From Gemmatimonadota bacterium (GTDB taxonomy: Bacteria; Gemmatimonadota; Gemmatimonadetes; Palauibacterales; KS3-K002): a DNA stretch of 64,000 nt. This document shows positions 51,885 through 60,019 of this stretch, one piece after another. The stretch spans positions 81,617-145,616 of the forward strand of contig JBDHJS010000016.1 in NCBI GenBank assembly GCA_039586795.1, given 5' to 3'. The first letter of the stretch is position 1. Every line of letters begins with the position of its first letter. Made by a program: the position numbers and the translations under genes. The notes below the pieces were generated by a model. The model had not been told where the DNA came from, made no database searches, and was given only the letters and a program-made list of their open reading frames with translations.

Positions 51885-51993
51885 CGGGCGCGTGTCCGAG
51901 GGGCGAGGGTAGGGCCGCCACACGGCCACACAAGTAATACAAAGGAAAAGTGAGATTATTTTATTGTATTACATGGTAAATCAGCCTTAATCC

Positions 51994-52023
51994 TTGACAA
52001 AGCGGTACAATAATCCCTAATAT
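51994..52023 (+). promoter_or_regulatory. Sigma70-type promoter ahead of structured RNA copy 1
   Basis: TTGACA (51994-51999)-18 nt-TAATAT in an AT-rich island. Confidence 0.65.
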
Positions 52024-52029
52024 ACCTAT

Positions 52030-52264
52030 GGTTCATAGCCTCAGGGTCGTGGATTGGGAACAGCTGCGCTGGGGCAAACGGTTTTGCCGGGTCCGAAAGA
52101 GCGGACGACGCGTCCTAACGGTGCCTCCTAAGAGGGGTCGAACGGTGAGAAGCCCCCGCCCGGCGCAACTTGGGAGGGAGCAGTCCTGGCTTGCTACGAA
52201 CGGAAATCGAGAATCCGACGCGACTGAGAACGCAAGCAGGCATGAACCGGGGCTGTTCTCTCCC
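52030..52264 (+). ncRNA. Putative structured RNA or riboswitch-like leader, copy 1 (family not recognised)
   Basis: Core 52086-52164: GCCGGG-TCCGAAAGAG...AGAGGGGTCGAACGGTGAGAAGCCCCCG-CCCGGC; 18-bp duplex 52172-52189/52247-52264; homologous to 58755-58992; the 5' end is estimated. Confidence 0.65.
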
Positions 52265-52874
52265 GACCTCTTTCCTGGACCGAGCTCCCTCGACTCTTCC
52301 TTTCCTTGCGCTGATTTCGCTATTGGCCGTCGCTTCCTGTGACGACGCATCGGGGCCCGCTCTCGTCGTCGATGCGGATCACCCGCTCGAACCATGGGTT
52401 GTCAGCCAGGACTTTGGCGCTTGGAACGACTTCTTCAGTGGGTACCACCTCGCCGAAGACGCCGAGGCCGAGCCCGGCGACCCGGTGTTCGCGATGGCCG
52501 ACGGCGTGGTCAAGGAGATCTACATCACCCAGGTGGAGCCAGGCTACGGCGCCGTGATGCTGATCGAGCACCGTTTCGAGAATCAGCAGCTGGTTTCGCT
52601 ATACGGTCACCTCAGCCAGAGCCGCAACTTTCCCGTGCGCGCCGGCGACGCCGTGTCGAAGGGTCAGGTCGTCGGTTACATCGCCGACGATGATGAGGAC
52701 GGTGGCCCATGGGGGCCGCACCTGCATTTCGGCATCCGGCGTGGCGCCTACTCGACGGGTTCGGTCTGTGGCGCCTGGCTCTATGTGGGCTATACGCGGG
52801 AATGCGCCGAGATGAGCCACGAGGAGTACATGGATATGTGGCTGGATCCTACCGACTTCATCTCTGACCACTGA
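52242..52874 (+). CDS. M23 family metallopeptidase lipoprotein
   Basis: HLAED (HxxxD), PVFAMADG, SLYGHL, GPHLHF; lipobox VASC; alternative TTG start at 52191. Confidence 0.85.
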   Translation: MNRGCSLPTSFLDRAPSTLPFLALISLLAVASCDDASGPALVVDADHPLEPWVVSQDFGAWNDFFSGYHLAEDAEAEPGDPVFAMADGVVKEIYITQVEPGYGAVMLIEHRFENQQLVSLYGHLSQSRNFPVRAGDAVSKGQVVGYIADDDEDGGPWGPHLHFGIRRGAYSTGSVCGAWLYVGYTRECAEMSHEEYMDMWLDPTDFISDH

Positions 52875-52975
52875 CACACCGGCAACCGCTTTTCCGTTTT
52901 AGGTGTCTAAAGGCAGTGAGCTAAGCGATACCGCGACCAGAAGGGTTCACCGTGCCAGCCGAGGAGCGTTTGGGA

Positions 52976-54355
52976 ATGATGCGGTTCCTCCTCTTTGTCA
53001 GCATGATCGTCGTGTCAGTGAGTCCGGTGGTCCGGTGTGCCAGACCCGAGGCGGAGCGTTCCATCACGGACAGCGCGACGGTCAGCTGGGAAGTGAGGAT
53101 CACAGAGCCCGCCAGCGGCCTGGTCGAGGTTCGCGGACGGATCCCCGGCGAAGCGATCGACGGCTCCTCCCTCATACTCAGATTCCTCGACCTGCGTCGT
53201 TTCCCAGAAGGCTTGCATTCGCTGGAAGCGCGGTCGGTTGGCCAGGCGCTCACCGTCGAAACGGGTGGACCGTCGGAGGAGCACGTTCGCCGAGTCGCTA
53301 CCGACGGCACCTCTGAGGTCGTTGAAATCGAGTACACGATCGACCCTACCTATTATCCGCCCGGCAGTCGGGTCGAGAATGTCGCCGATGCTCGAAGTCG
53401 CGTTGGTGGGGAGCTAGCCGTGCTTAGGTCCACCAGCCTGTTTCCTGCGCTGAACATCGATCCGCACCCGGCGCACGTGACGTTCGTGCTTCCGGAGGAT
53501 TGGGTTGCCGTAGCTCCGTGGAGAAAGGCGTCGGACGGGCTTGCGGTCGATCCGGAGGATGGTACCAGCGTCGAGTATATCGGCGTTGGACCTCTCGAGG
53601 TTCGGGAACTCAGGATCGAGGATACCACGTTCCGTGTCGCGACAGTTTCGGAGCAGGCCGTGTTGAATTTGGAAAGCGTGGCCGCCGCGATTCAGTATCA
53701 CGTGGATCTGCTCGGCGCCCCGCCCACGCGGTGCTCTGGCGGTCGGGCGGTGATCATCGTGACCTCGCGGTTCATGAGAGGCGGCGCGGCAGGAAGGTGC
53801 TCCATCGTGCAGTCGCCGTCGCCCGAGGTGCTTTCACACGAGGTCTTTCACTGGTGGACGCACGCCGCGTTGGTGCGCCCCGAAGCGCGCTGGTTCTCTG
53901 AAGGTTTCACCAACTACTACGGAATAAAGGCGGCTCGGGAGAGTGGCCTGATGAGCGAGGAACAGGCGGCGCTTTGCCTGGCTGACCTGTGGGGAGAGAT
54001 GCTGTTTTTGGAGGCGGAGCGGCGTCAAAGCCTCTCGGCCGCGTCGGTAGACTACGATAGTGACGGCCGTGCGAGACGACTGGTCTACAGCAAGGGAACG
54101 TTGTTTGCGCTCGACCTCGATCGAAACCTCCAGGAGCGCAGCCGCAGCCTGGACGAAGCGATGGGTGCAATCCTGTCCGAGGCGCGAAGGAGTCTGACGA
54201 ACGTCGATTTGCTCGAGTTGTTCAACCGCGTCTATGGGAACGGCGTCGATGCGGAATTCGATGCTTACGTAGAGAACAACGAGGCGCTTCCTGCCCTCGG
54301 TCTCGGGCCAGCGACGGGTCGCAGCGGCTGCGCCCGTTACCTGCCGGACAACTAG
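52976..54355 (+). CDS. Exported zinc metallopeptidase (M61/M1 gluzincin-like)
   Basis: LSHEVFHWW (HExxH), WFSEGFTNYY, LVYSKG; signal peptide; GAGGAG RBS. Confidence 0.8.
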   Translation: MMRFLLFVSMIVVSVSPVVRCARPEAERSITDSATVSWEVRITEPASGLVEVRGRIPGEAIDGSSLILRFLDLRRFPEGLHSLEARSVGQALTVETGGPSEEHVRRVATDGTSEVVEIEYTIDPTYYPPGSRVENVADARSRVGGELAVLRSTSLFPALNIDPHPAHVTFVLPEDWVAVAPWRKASDGLAVDPEDGTSVEYIGVGPLEVRELRIEDTTFRVATVSEQAVLNLESVAAAIQYHVDLLGAPPTRCSGGRAVIIVTSRFMRGGAAGRCSIVQSPSPEVLSHEVFHWWTHAALVRPEARWFSEGFTNYYGIKAARESGLMSEEQAALCLADLWGEMLFLEAERRQSLSAASVDYDSDGRARRLVYSKGTLFALDLDRNLQERSRSLDEAMGAILSEARRSLTNVDLLELFNRVYGNGVDAEFDAYVENNEALPALGLGPATGRSGCARYLPDN

Positions 54356-54380
54356 TTGTCATGACTGAGCGGAGAGTGAG

Positions 54381-56792
54381 ATGCTATACGCGTGGTGGAT
54401 AGAAGCTCAAACAGCGATGCGTTCACTACTACGGCGTAAAGGGTTCACGGCGGTGACGGTGATTACTCTGGCCGTGGGGATCGGCGCCACGACCACTCTG
54501 TTCAGCGTGGTCTACGGTGCCCTGTTGAAGTCACTGCCTTACGCCGAGCCGGACCGCCTGATGCGGATTGGAGAGCGGGGCGAGAGCGCGGCGCCGGACG
54601 CCATATGGTCCATTTCCGTGGCCAACTTCCTTGACCTCGAGGCCGGCACCGATGCCTTCGAGAATCTGGCGGCGTACTCGTTCCACGGCTTCAACCTCTC
54701 GGGCCGGGGCATCCCCGAACGATATCGAGGACTGCTGGTAACCCATGACTTCTTTGGAGTGCTCGGTATGCCGCCCGAGCTTGGCCGCGACTTCCTGCCG
54801 GAGGATGATCGGCCCGGTGCAGAACCGGTGGTCATCCTCGGCCGCGCCTTGTGGCGGCAGGCGTTCGGAGGCGACCCGTCGGTTATCGGGGAGACGGTGA
54901 CGCTGGATGGCATTCAGCACCGCATCATCGGGGTGGCCAACCGTGAGTTCGGTTTCGTGGCCGACCCGCAGCTGTGGGTCCCGTTCGCCTGGAGTGAGGA
55001 GCAACGTGCCGGCCGGCGCGGCCGCTGGATCGAAGCGATTGGCCGGCTCGCTCCGGGGGCGACGGCCCAGGCGGGCCTTGCCGAGCTGAGAGTACTGTAC
55101 GCCGGTCTCGCCGATGCCTATCCGCGGGTCAATGGCAACCGCAGCGTCGGGGGACGTACGTTGCGAGACTGGCTCGTCGGGCGAAGCGCTCCACGGCGTC
55201 TGCTCCTCTTCGGCGGCGCAGCGGTTCTCGTGCTTCTCATCGCCTGCGCGAATGTGGCGAATCTGGGGCTGGCGCGGGCGGAGACGCGAAACCAGGAGTT
55301 GGCGGTGCGCGCTGCCCTCGGTGCCGGCCCCTACCGGCTGGCCAGGTTACTCATGTCGGAGAGCGTTATTCTTGCCCTGCTGGGCGGAGCGCTTGGGACC
55401 GTGCTTGCCCTTGTGGGAGTGGATCTACTGCTGGCAAGAGTCGGGCAATGGATCCCGCGCGCGCTGCAGATTTCGGTGAGCGGTATGGCGCTGGCTTTCG
55501 CGCTATCGCTGTCGGTGCTAACCGGGGTGTTGGTAGGAATCGTACCCACGCTTCGCCTGAAGTTCGAGAATCTTCAAGGGCACCTGGGCCAGGGACGAAG
55601 CGGGTTGGCGTCACTGAGAACGTCGGCACGTCGCGTTCTCGTTGTGACAGAGATCGCTCTCGCGTTGGTGCTGGTTGCCGGCGCCGGATTGATGATTCGG
55701 TCCGTGTGGCGATTGAGTCGGGTGGACTTGGGCGTGGACACGAAGGGTCTCGTTACTTTTGTCCTGGCGCTCCCTGATTCGAAGTACCCTGATCCGCCGG
55801 CGGCGCTCGCGTATTACGATGCCGCGCTGTCAGAGATCGCTGCCATTCCGTCGGTGAGCGCAGTAGGGGCGCAGAATCGCAAGCTTCTGTACGGTGGCGG
55901 CAATGCCAGGATAACCGTTCAGGACGAACCGCACCTCGGCTTTGAAGGACTGGTTGAAACGCGGGAGACGACGCCGGGACTCTTCACAGCGCTCGGTATG
56001 CGGGTCATCATGGGCCGGTCGTTCACCGAACAGGATCGACGCAACGGTGGTGTCGTGATCGTTAACCGGGCTTTCGTCCGCGCGGTGTTCGGCAGTTCCC
56101 AACCGCTGGGGCGTTCCTTCGCCCCCAGCAATAGTGAGGGCCTCTTCACCATCGTCGGCGTCGTCAATGACGTTCGCGACTTCGGGCCCGACGAAGCCGC
56201 TCCACCCATCGCGTACTACCCTTACGGTGCCGGTCCGTGGGGTACCTGGCCGTATCTTGTCGTGGCCGCACGTGTCGAGGGCAATCCGCTCCGCGCGGTG
56301 CCCACCATCCGTGAACGTCTTGCTGTCATCGATCCGGAAGTTCCGCTTGCCGAGATTGCCACGATGGAGGATATCGCGACCGAGACCTTGGGTGCGCAGC
56401 GTCGAACGGCACTCTTTCTGTTTGGCTTGTTTGCCGTCGTTGCCCTCGCACTTGGTGCCGTCGGCATCTACAGTGTGATGGCGTACACGGTCGAACAACG
56501 CACGCGTGAGATGGGCATCCGCCGAGCCCTCGGGGCTTCGGCGGACAGCGTCATCCGATTGGTGCTCAGGCAGAGCCTGTGGCTGGCCGGCATCGGAGTG
56601 GGCATCGGGCTGTTAGGCGCGCTGGCTCTCGGCCGCGCCCTGTCTAGCCTGTTGTTCGATGTAAGCCCGTTCGATCCGATCACTTTGGCCTCCGTCGCAG
56701 CGATTCTGGTGGGGGTTGCACTCGCTGCTTGTTACTTACCGGCGCGACGGGCGGCGTCGGTGAGCGCCATGGAAGCGCTCCGGCACGACTGA
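54381..56792 (+). CDS. Duplicated MacB/FtsX-type ABC permease (ADOP-like)
   Basis: RSLLRRKGF..VTVITLAVGIGA, LLIACANVANL, QRTREMGIR.ALGA, PARRAA. Confidence 0.92.
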   Translation: MLYAWWIEAQTAMRSLLRRKGFTAVTVITLAVGIGATTTLFSVVYGALLKSLPYAEPDRLMRIGERGESAAPDAIWSISVANFLDLEAGTDAFENLAAYSFHGFNLSGRGIPERYRGLLVTHDFFGVLGMPPELGRDFLPEDDRPGAEPVVILGRALWRQAFGGDPSVIGETVTLDGIQHRIIGVANREFGFVADPQLWVPFAWSEEQRAGRRGRWIEAIGRLAPGATAQAGLAELRVLYAGLADAYPRVNGNRSVGGRTLRDWLVGRSAPRRLLLFGGAAVLVLLIACANVANLGLARAETRNQELAVRAALGAGPYRLARLLMSESVILALLGGALGTVLALVGVDLLLARVGQWIPRALQISVSGMALAFALSLSVLTGVLVGIVPTLRLKFENLQGHLGQGRSGLASLRTSARRVLVVTEIALALVLVAGAGLMIRSVWRLSRVDLGVDTKGLVTFVLALPDSKYPDPPAALAYYDAALSEIAAIPSVSAVGAQNRKLLYGGGNARITVQDEPHLGFEGLVETRETTPGLFTALGMRVIMGRSFTEQDRRNGGVVIVNRAFVRAVFGSSQPLGRSFAPSNSEGLFTIVGVVNDVRDFGPDEAAPPIAYYPYGAGPWGTWPYLVVAARVEGNPLRAVPTIRERLAVIDPEVPLAEIATMEDIATETLGAQRRTALFLFGLFAVVALALGAVGIYSVMAYTVEQRTREMGIRRALGASADSVIRLVLRQSLWLAGIGVGIGLLGALALGRALSSLLFDVSPFDPITLASVAAILVGVALAACYLPARRAASVSAMEALRHD

Positions 56793-56827
56793 CGCGAGTA
56801 TCGACCTGTTTGTCATCAGGAGAGGTG

Positions 56828-58048
56828 ATGCGGATAAAGCTGACACCAAGAATCGCCGGCGCCGCCGTGCTGGCCCTCGGTTCCATGTTTGCGGGTTACT
56901 CGTGCGGTGCGGAGCAGGGAAGCGACTGGGGTGGCACCGTGGACACGTTGGCTAATGGCGCACTGGCCGTGCGCAACCCGAATGTCGGTCTCTGGAGTGA
57001 TGAGACGGCCTGGGTTGTCGTTGACAGCCTTCGCATTGGCGCGCTCGACGATGAGCACGCTTCGTTCAGCCGGATTTCCGACATCGCCGTCGATCTTGAC
57101 GGACGGATCTACGTCCATGAATTGGGCTCCACCTTCGTGAAGGTCTTCGATCCACAGGGCCGATACGTTCGCACGATTGGAGAGCGGGGCGGCGGCCCGG
57201 GCGAGATCCTCAGTGGCGCTGGCATAGCTGTCGACGATGAAGGCCGTCTGTGGTTGGCTGATGCGGGGAACGTTCGTTACAGCCTCTACGACCGGGAAGG
57301 CGGATTCCTGAGTAGCTCGCGTTGGACTGATGCGCGCTACCCCATTCCTCGCCCGCTATCGTTCGATGCCGCCGGAAATCTGATTTGCTGGGCGGCGGAG
57401 CGCGTGAGCCGAACCGATGTCGTGGACGTGGTGGTTCAGTTGGACTCTGCGTTTCAGATCGCCCAGGCGTATGCGCTTGCCGAGTTCAAACCGGAGCTGT
57501 TCGAGTTTCGCGACTCGAACAACCGATTGCGGATGGTCGATGCGGTGCCGTTCTCGCCGCGGCAGCATTGGGCCGTCGATGCGGTAGGAGATCTGTGGGT
57601 CGGCATCAGCGACCAGTACCGCATCGTGCGGCAATCGCCCCGCGGTGACACGCTCCTCGTCCTTTCCCGCGACGCTGATCCCAGTCCGGTGACGGACGCG
57701 GACAGGGATGCGGCCCTTTCTGAGTTCAGCTGGTTCACCGATGGCGGTGGCAAAATCGATGAGACCCGCATCCCGAGCACAAAGCCGCATTTTCAGAGCA
57801 TCCATCTCGATGACCGGTCGCATGTCTGGGTCAGAAGATTCGTCGACCCGGGTGCAGCGTACTCGCATTTCGACGTCTTCGACCCTGAAGGTCGATACTT
57901 GGGAGAAATCAGGATTCCCTATGTCTTTGAGGGGCGGCCGAAACCGTTGATGAAGAACGGCCATGTGTACGGCGTTGTACTTGACGAGCTCAACGTGCCT
58001 TACGTCGTCCGCGTGGCGTTCGGTGCGCTGCGAAATGCTGAGGGATGA
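56828..58048 (+). CDS. 6-bladed beta-propeller (NHL-like) lipoprotein
   Basis: Signal plus GYSC; VDTLANG, GERGGGPGE, DVFDPEGRYLG, DELNVPYVVR; AGGAGAGG RBS before ATG 56828. Confidence 0.82.
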   Translation: MRIKLTPRIAGAAVLALGSMFAGYSCGAEQGSDWGGTVDTLANGALAVRNPNVGLWSDETAWVVVDSLRIGALDDEHASFSRISDIAVDLDGRIYVHELGSTFVKVFDPQGRYVRTIGERGGGPGEILSGAGIAVDDEGRLWLADAGNVRYSLYDREGGFLSSSRWTDARYPIPRPLSFDAAGNLICWAAERVSRTDVVDVVVQLDSAFQIAQAYALAEFKPELFEFRDSNNRLRMVDAVPFSPRQHWAVDAVGDLWVGISDQYRIVRQSPRGDTLLVLSRDADPSPVTDADRDAALSEFSWFTDGGGKIDETRIPSTKPHFQSIHLDDRSHVWVRRFVDPGAAYSHFDVFDPEGRYLGEIRIPYVFEGRPKPLMKNGHVYGVVLDELNVPYVVRVAFGALRNAEG

Positions 58049-58070
58049 ACACGGAGAGGCGCCACTCTAG

Positions 58071-58601
58071 CTAACCGGGTCTCGTTCCGAAGAACAGCTG
58101 ATGGCCGTCGGGGTCTACGACTTCGAACATCCGCATCCACGGTCGGTCGATCAGCGGCCCAGCCTCGATGCCCCGCCCCGTCACCATGCCGTAATGCGCG
58201 TCGATATCCTCTACCAGGAAGTAGTGCCGGTTGCCGACGACTACGAGCTCGTCGCCGCTCTGGGTGAGATGGAGCGCGAACTCGAAACCGCCCGCCGAAA
58301 ACAAGGCCCAGATCGGACGCTCAGCCCTAGTCCACTCGGGCACCTCACGCTCCTCATCATAGTCGAAGTAATGTCTGAACTCGAACCCCAATCGCCCGTA
58401 GAACTCGACGCTTCGTCTCACGTCCGTGACGTAGAAAACCGGAAGCACCTCTCCGGTGAATCCTCCGTGCTGGTTCGCCGCGGCTGGCGTCCGTCGATTC
58501 GGCGAGATCCCTTCGGCCGTCACTCCCGTGACCAGGGCCTCTGAGACGATGACCGCCGCCGCAACCAGGGCGCAGACGGGCAGCAGGGATGAGCTTCTCA
58601 T
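58071..58601 (-). CDS. VOC/glyoxalase family protein with an N-terminal signal or TM segment
   Basis: PVFYVTDVRRSVEFYGRLGF, FLVEDIDAHY, PWMRMFEVVDPDGH; GGAGG RBS. Confidence 0.8.
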   Translation of the reverse strand: MRSSSLLPVCALVAAAVIVSEALVTGVTAEGISPNRRTPAAANQHGGFTGEVLPVFYVTDVRRSVEFYGRLGFEFRHYFDYDEEREVPEWTRAERPIWALFSAGGFEFALHLTQSGDELVVVGNRHYFLVEDIDAHYGMVTGRGIEAGPLIDRPWMRMFEVVDPDGHQLFFGTRPG

Positions 58602-58719
58602 GGCGGCACCTCCAGGGGAAGAAGAGCGCTCTGAGCGGATGCGGTGCCCATCGTTTGGTCATATCAAAGCCCAGATGGCCTTATAGTATAAGAAATGTAC
58701 GCAAAACGGCAACAAAACC

Positions 58720-58748
58720 TTGACATATGCAGCAAAGTGGGGGATATT
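58720..58748 (+). promoter_or_regulatory. Sigma70-type promoter ahead of structured RNA copy 2
   Basis: TTGACA (58720-58725)-17 nt-GATATT with an A-rich upstream region. Confidence 0.6.
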
Positions 58749-58754
58749 GCTTAT

Positions 58755-58992
58755 CGTTCGCAAGTAGCATTCGCCCCGTGGATGTTAGAACGGTGGACCC
58801 CGTCGGGACCGTAAGAGAAGCGCCCCCATTGCAACCCAGAGGGGTCGAGTCGGTGAAAGGCCCCCGCCCGACGGAATTTTTCTGAGTGAGGGAATGGTTC
58901 TGTCTATTCTTAAATAGAGGCGGGTTGGACGTTTTCAGGAACCGTTGAGTCAGTTCAATGACGCCCGTCACAGGGCCATTTCCTCCTCAGAA
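58755..58992 (+). ncRNA. Putative structured RNA or riboswitch-like leader, copy 2 (family not recognised)
   Basis: Core 58800-58874: CCGTCGGG-ACCGTAAGAG...AGAGGGGTCGAGTCGGTGAAAGGCCCCCG-CCCGACGG; 22-bp duplex 58880-58902/58971-58992; the 5' end is estimated. Confidence 0.65.
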
Positions 58993-59043
58993 TGGCCACC
59001 CGGCGAAGCGTCCCACTAAAAAGGCCGGGAGACTGGGAGATAG

Positions 59044-59175
59044 ATGAAACTCAATAAGATGAAGGCAGACGAGCGAGTGCCGGAGTGGCGTGATGTTATA
59101 GCAGATCCTTTCTTCTGGACTACGTTGTTTCTGATCGTTGTTCTCATGGTGAACATAGTCGCGACCAGAGGTTGA
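59044..59175 (+). CDS. Unannotated 43-aa single-TM small protein
   Basis: Manual translation MKLNKMKADERVPEWRDVIADPFFWTTLFLIVVLMVNIVATRG*; GGGAGA RBS just upstream; below the ORF-track size cut-off. Confidence 0.55.
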   Translation: MKLNKMKADERVPEWRDVIADPFFWTTLFLIVVLMVNIVATRG

Positions 59176-59206
59176 AGTTTGCGCCATCGTCGCGTTTAAT
59201 GAGAGC

Positions 59207-60013
59207 ATGAGCCAACGACAGCCAGACCCCTCGAGGAGTCTCGTATCGGTCCCCGCGGTATCGCGGCGGAACTTCCTGAAGACCGGTGTTGGAGCGGTGG
59301 CGGCACTTGCCCTTTCCGCGTGTGAAGATGCCACGGAGGCAGGTGGTGGGGAGTCGCGGCTCTCGGCGCGGCCGGGGGACCCGACTATCGCACCGGACAT
59401 CGGCGAAAGCCCGCTGGGCTTTGAGGCGGGTCGCGATGGACTCCTCTACGTGCCCAGCACTTACTCCGAGGACACGCCAGCGCCGCTGTTCGTTGCGTTA
59501 CACGGTGCCGGCGGCTCGGGAAGCGATTGGGCGAGCTATTATGGCCTGTGCGAGCTTCGCGGGATGGTTCTCCTGGCGCCGGATTCTCGATCGACGACGT
59601 GGGACCTGGTCGAGTTCGGCTTCGGACCCGACGTGGTCTTCCTGAATTGGGCGCTCAGTCACACGTTCAGTCGCTGCCGGATCGACCCCGAGCATATCGG
59701 ACTGGGCGGATTCTCGGACGGAGCCTCGTACGCCCTCTCGCTCGGACTCTCGAACGGAGATTTGTTCAGTCACCTGGTCAGCTTTTCGCCTGGTTTTGTC
59801 AGCGCGGCCAATCCGTTGGTGGGTGACCCGAGGATCTTCATCTCTCACGGGACGAACGACACAATCCTGCCTGTCGCCGGAACTCGTGATGGGATCGTTC
59901 CTGATCTGCGTGCCTCGGGTTATCGGGTGAGGTACGAAGAGTTCACTGGCGGCCACGTGCTTCTCCCTACGGTCTCGGACCTGGCGTTCAACTGGTTTCT
60001 GAGAACGACCTGA
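59207..60013 (+). CDS. Tat-exported phospholipase/carboxylesterase (alpha/beta hydrolase) lipoprotein
   Basis: SRRNFLK Tat motif plus LSAC; ALHGAGG, GFSDG (GxSxG), HGTNDTILP, GGH. Confidence 0.85.
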   Translation: MSQRQPDPSRSLVSVPAVSRRNFLKTGVGAVAALALSACEDATEAGGGESRLSARPGDPTIAPDIGESPLGFEAGRDGLLYVPSTYSEDTPAPLFVALHGAGGSGSDWASYYGLCELRGMVLLAPDSRSTTWDLVEFGFGPDVVFLNWALSHTFSRCRIDPEHIGLGGFSDGASYALSLGLSNGDLFSHLVSFSPGFVSAANPLVGDPRIFISHGTNDTILPVAGTRDGIVPDLRASGYRVRYEEFTGGHVLLPTVSDLAFNWFLRTT

Positions 60014-60019
60014 GACCGC

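Noticed and set aside
52071..52120. c-di-GMP-I-like words (GGCAAAC...GAAAG...GACGC...CTAA) in copy 1
   Set aside because: The spacing and pairing do not fit, GCAAAG is missing, and the words are not conserved in copy 2
58819..58866. Resemblance of RNA copy 2 to the glmS ribozyme (AGCGCC...GGGG..TCGA..CGG...GCCCCCG)
   Set aside because: It lacks the conserved GACGAGG and the P1 arrangement, AGCGCC is absent from copy 1, and there is no glmS gene downstream
58894..58917. 7-codon ORF (MVLSILK) inside the copy 2 duplex as a leader peptide
   Set aside because: The SD-like sequence is immediately adjacent to the ATG, and there is no equivalent short ORF in copy 1
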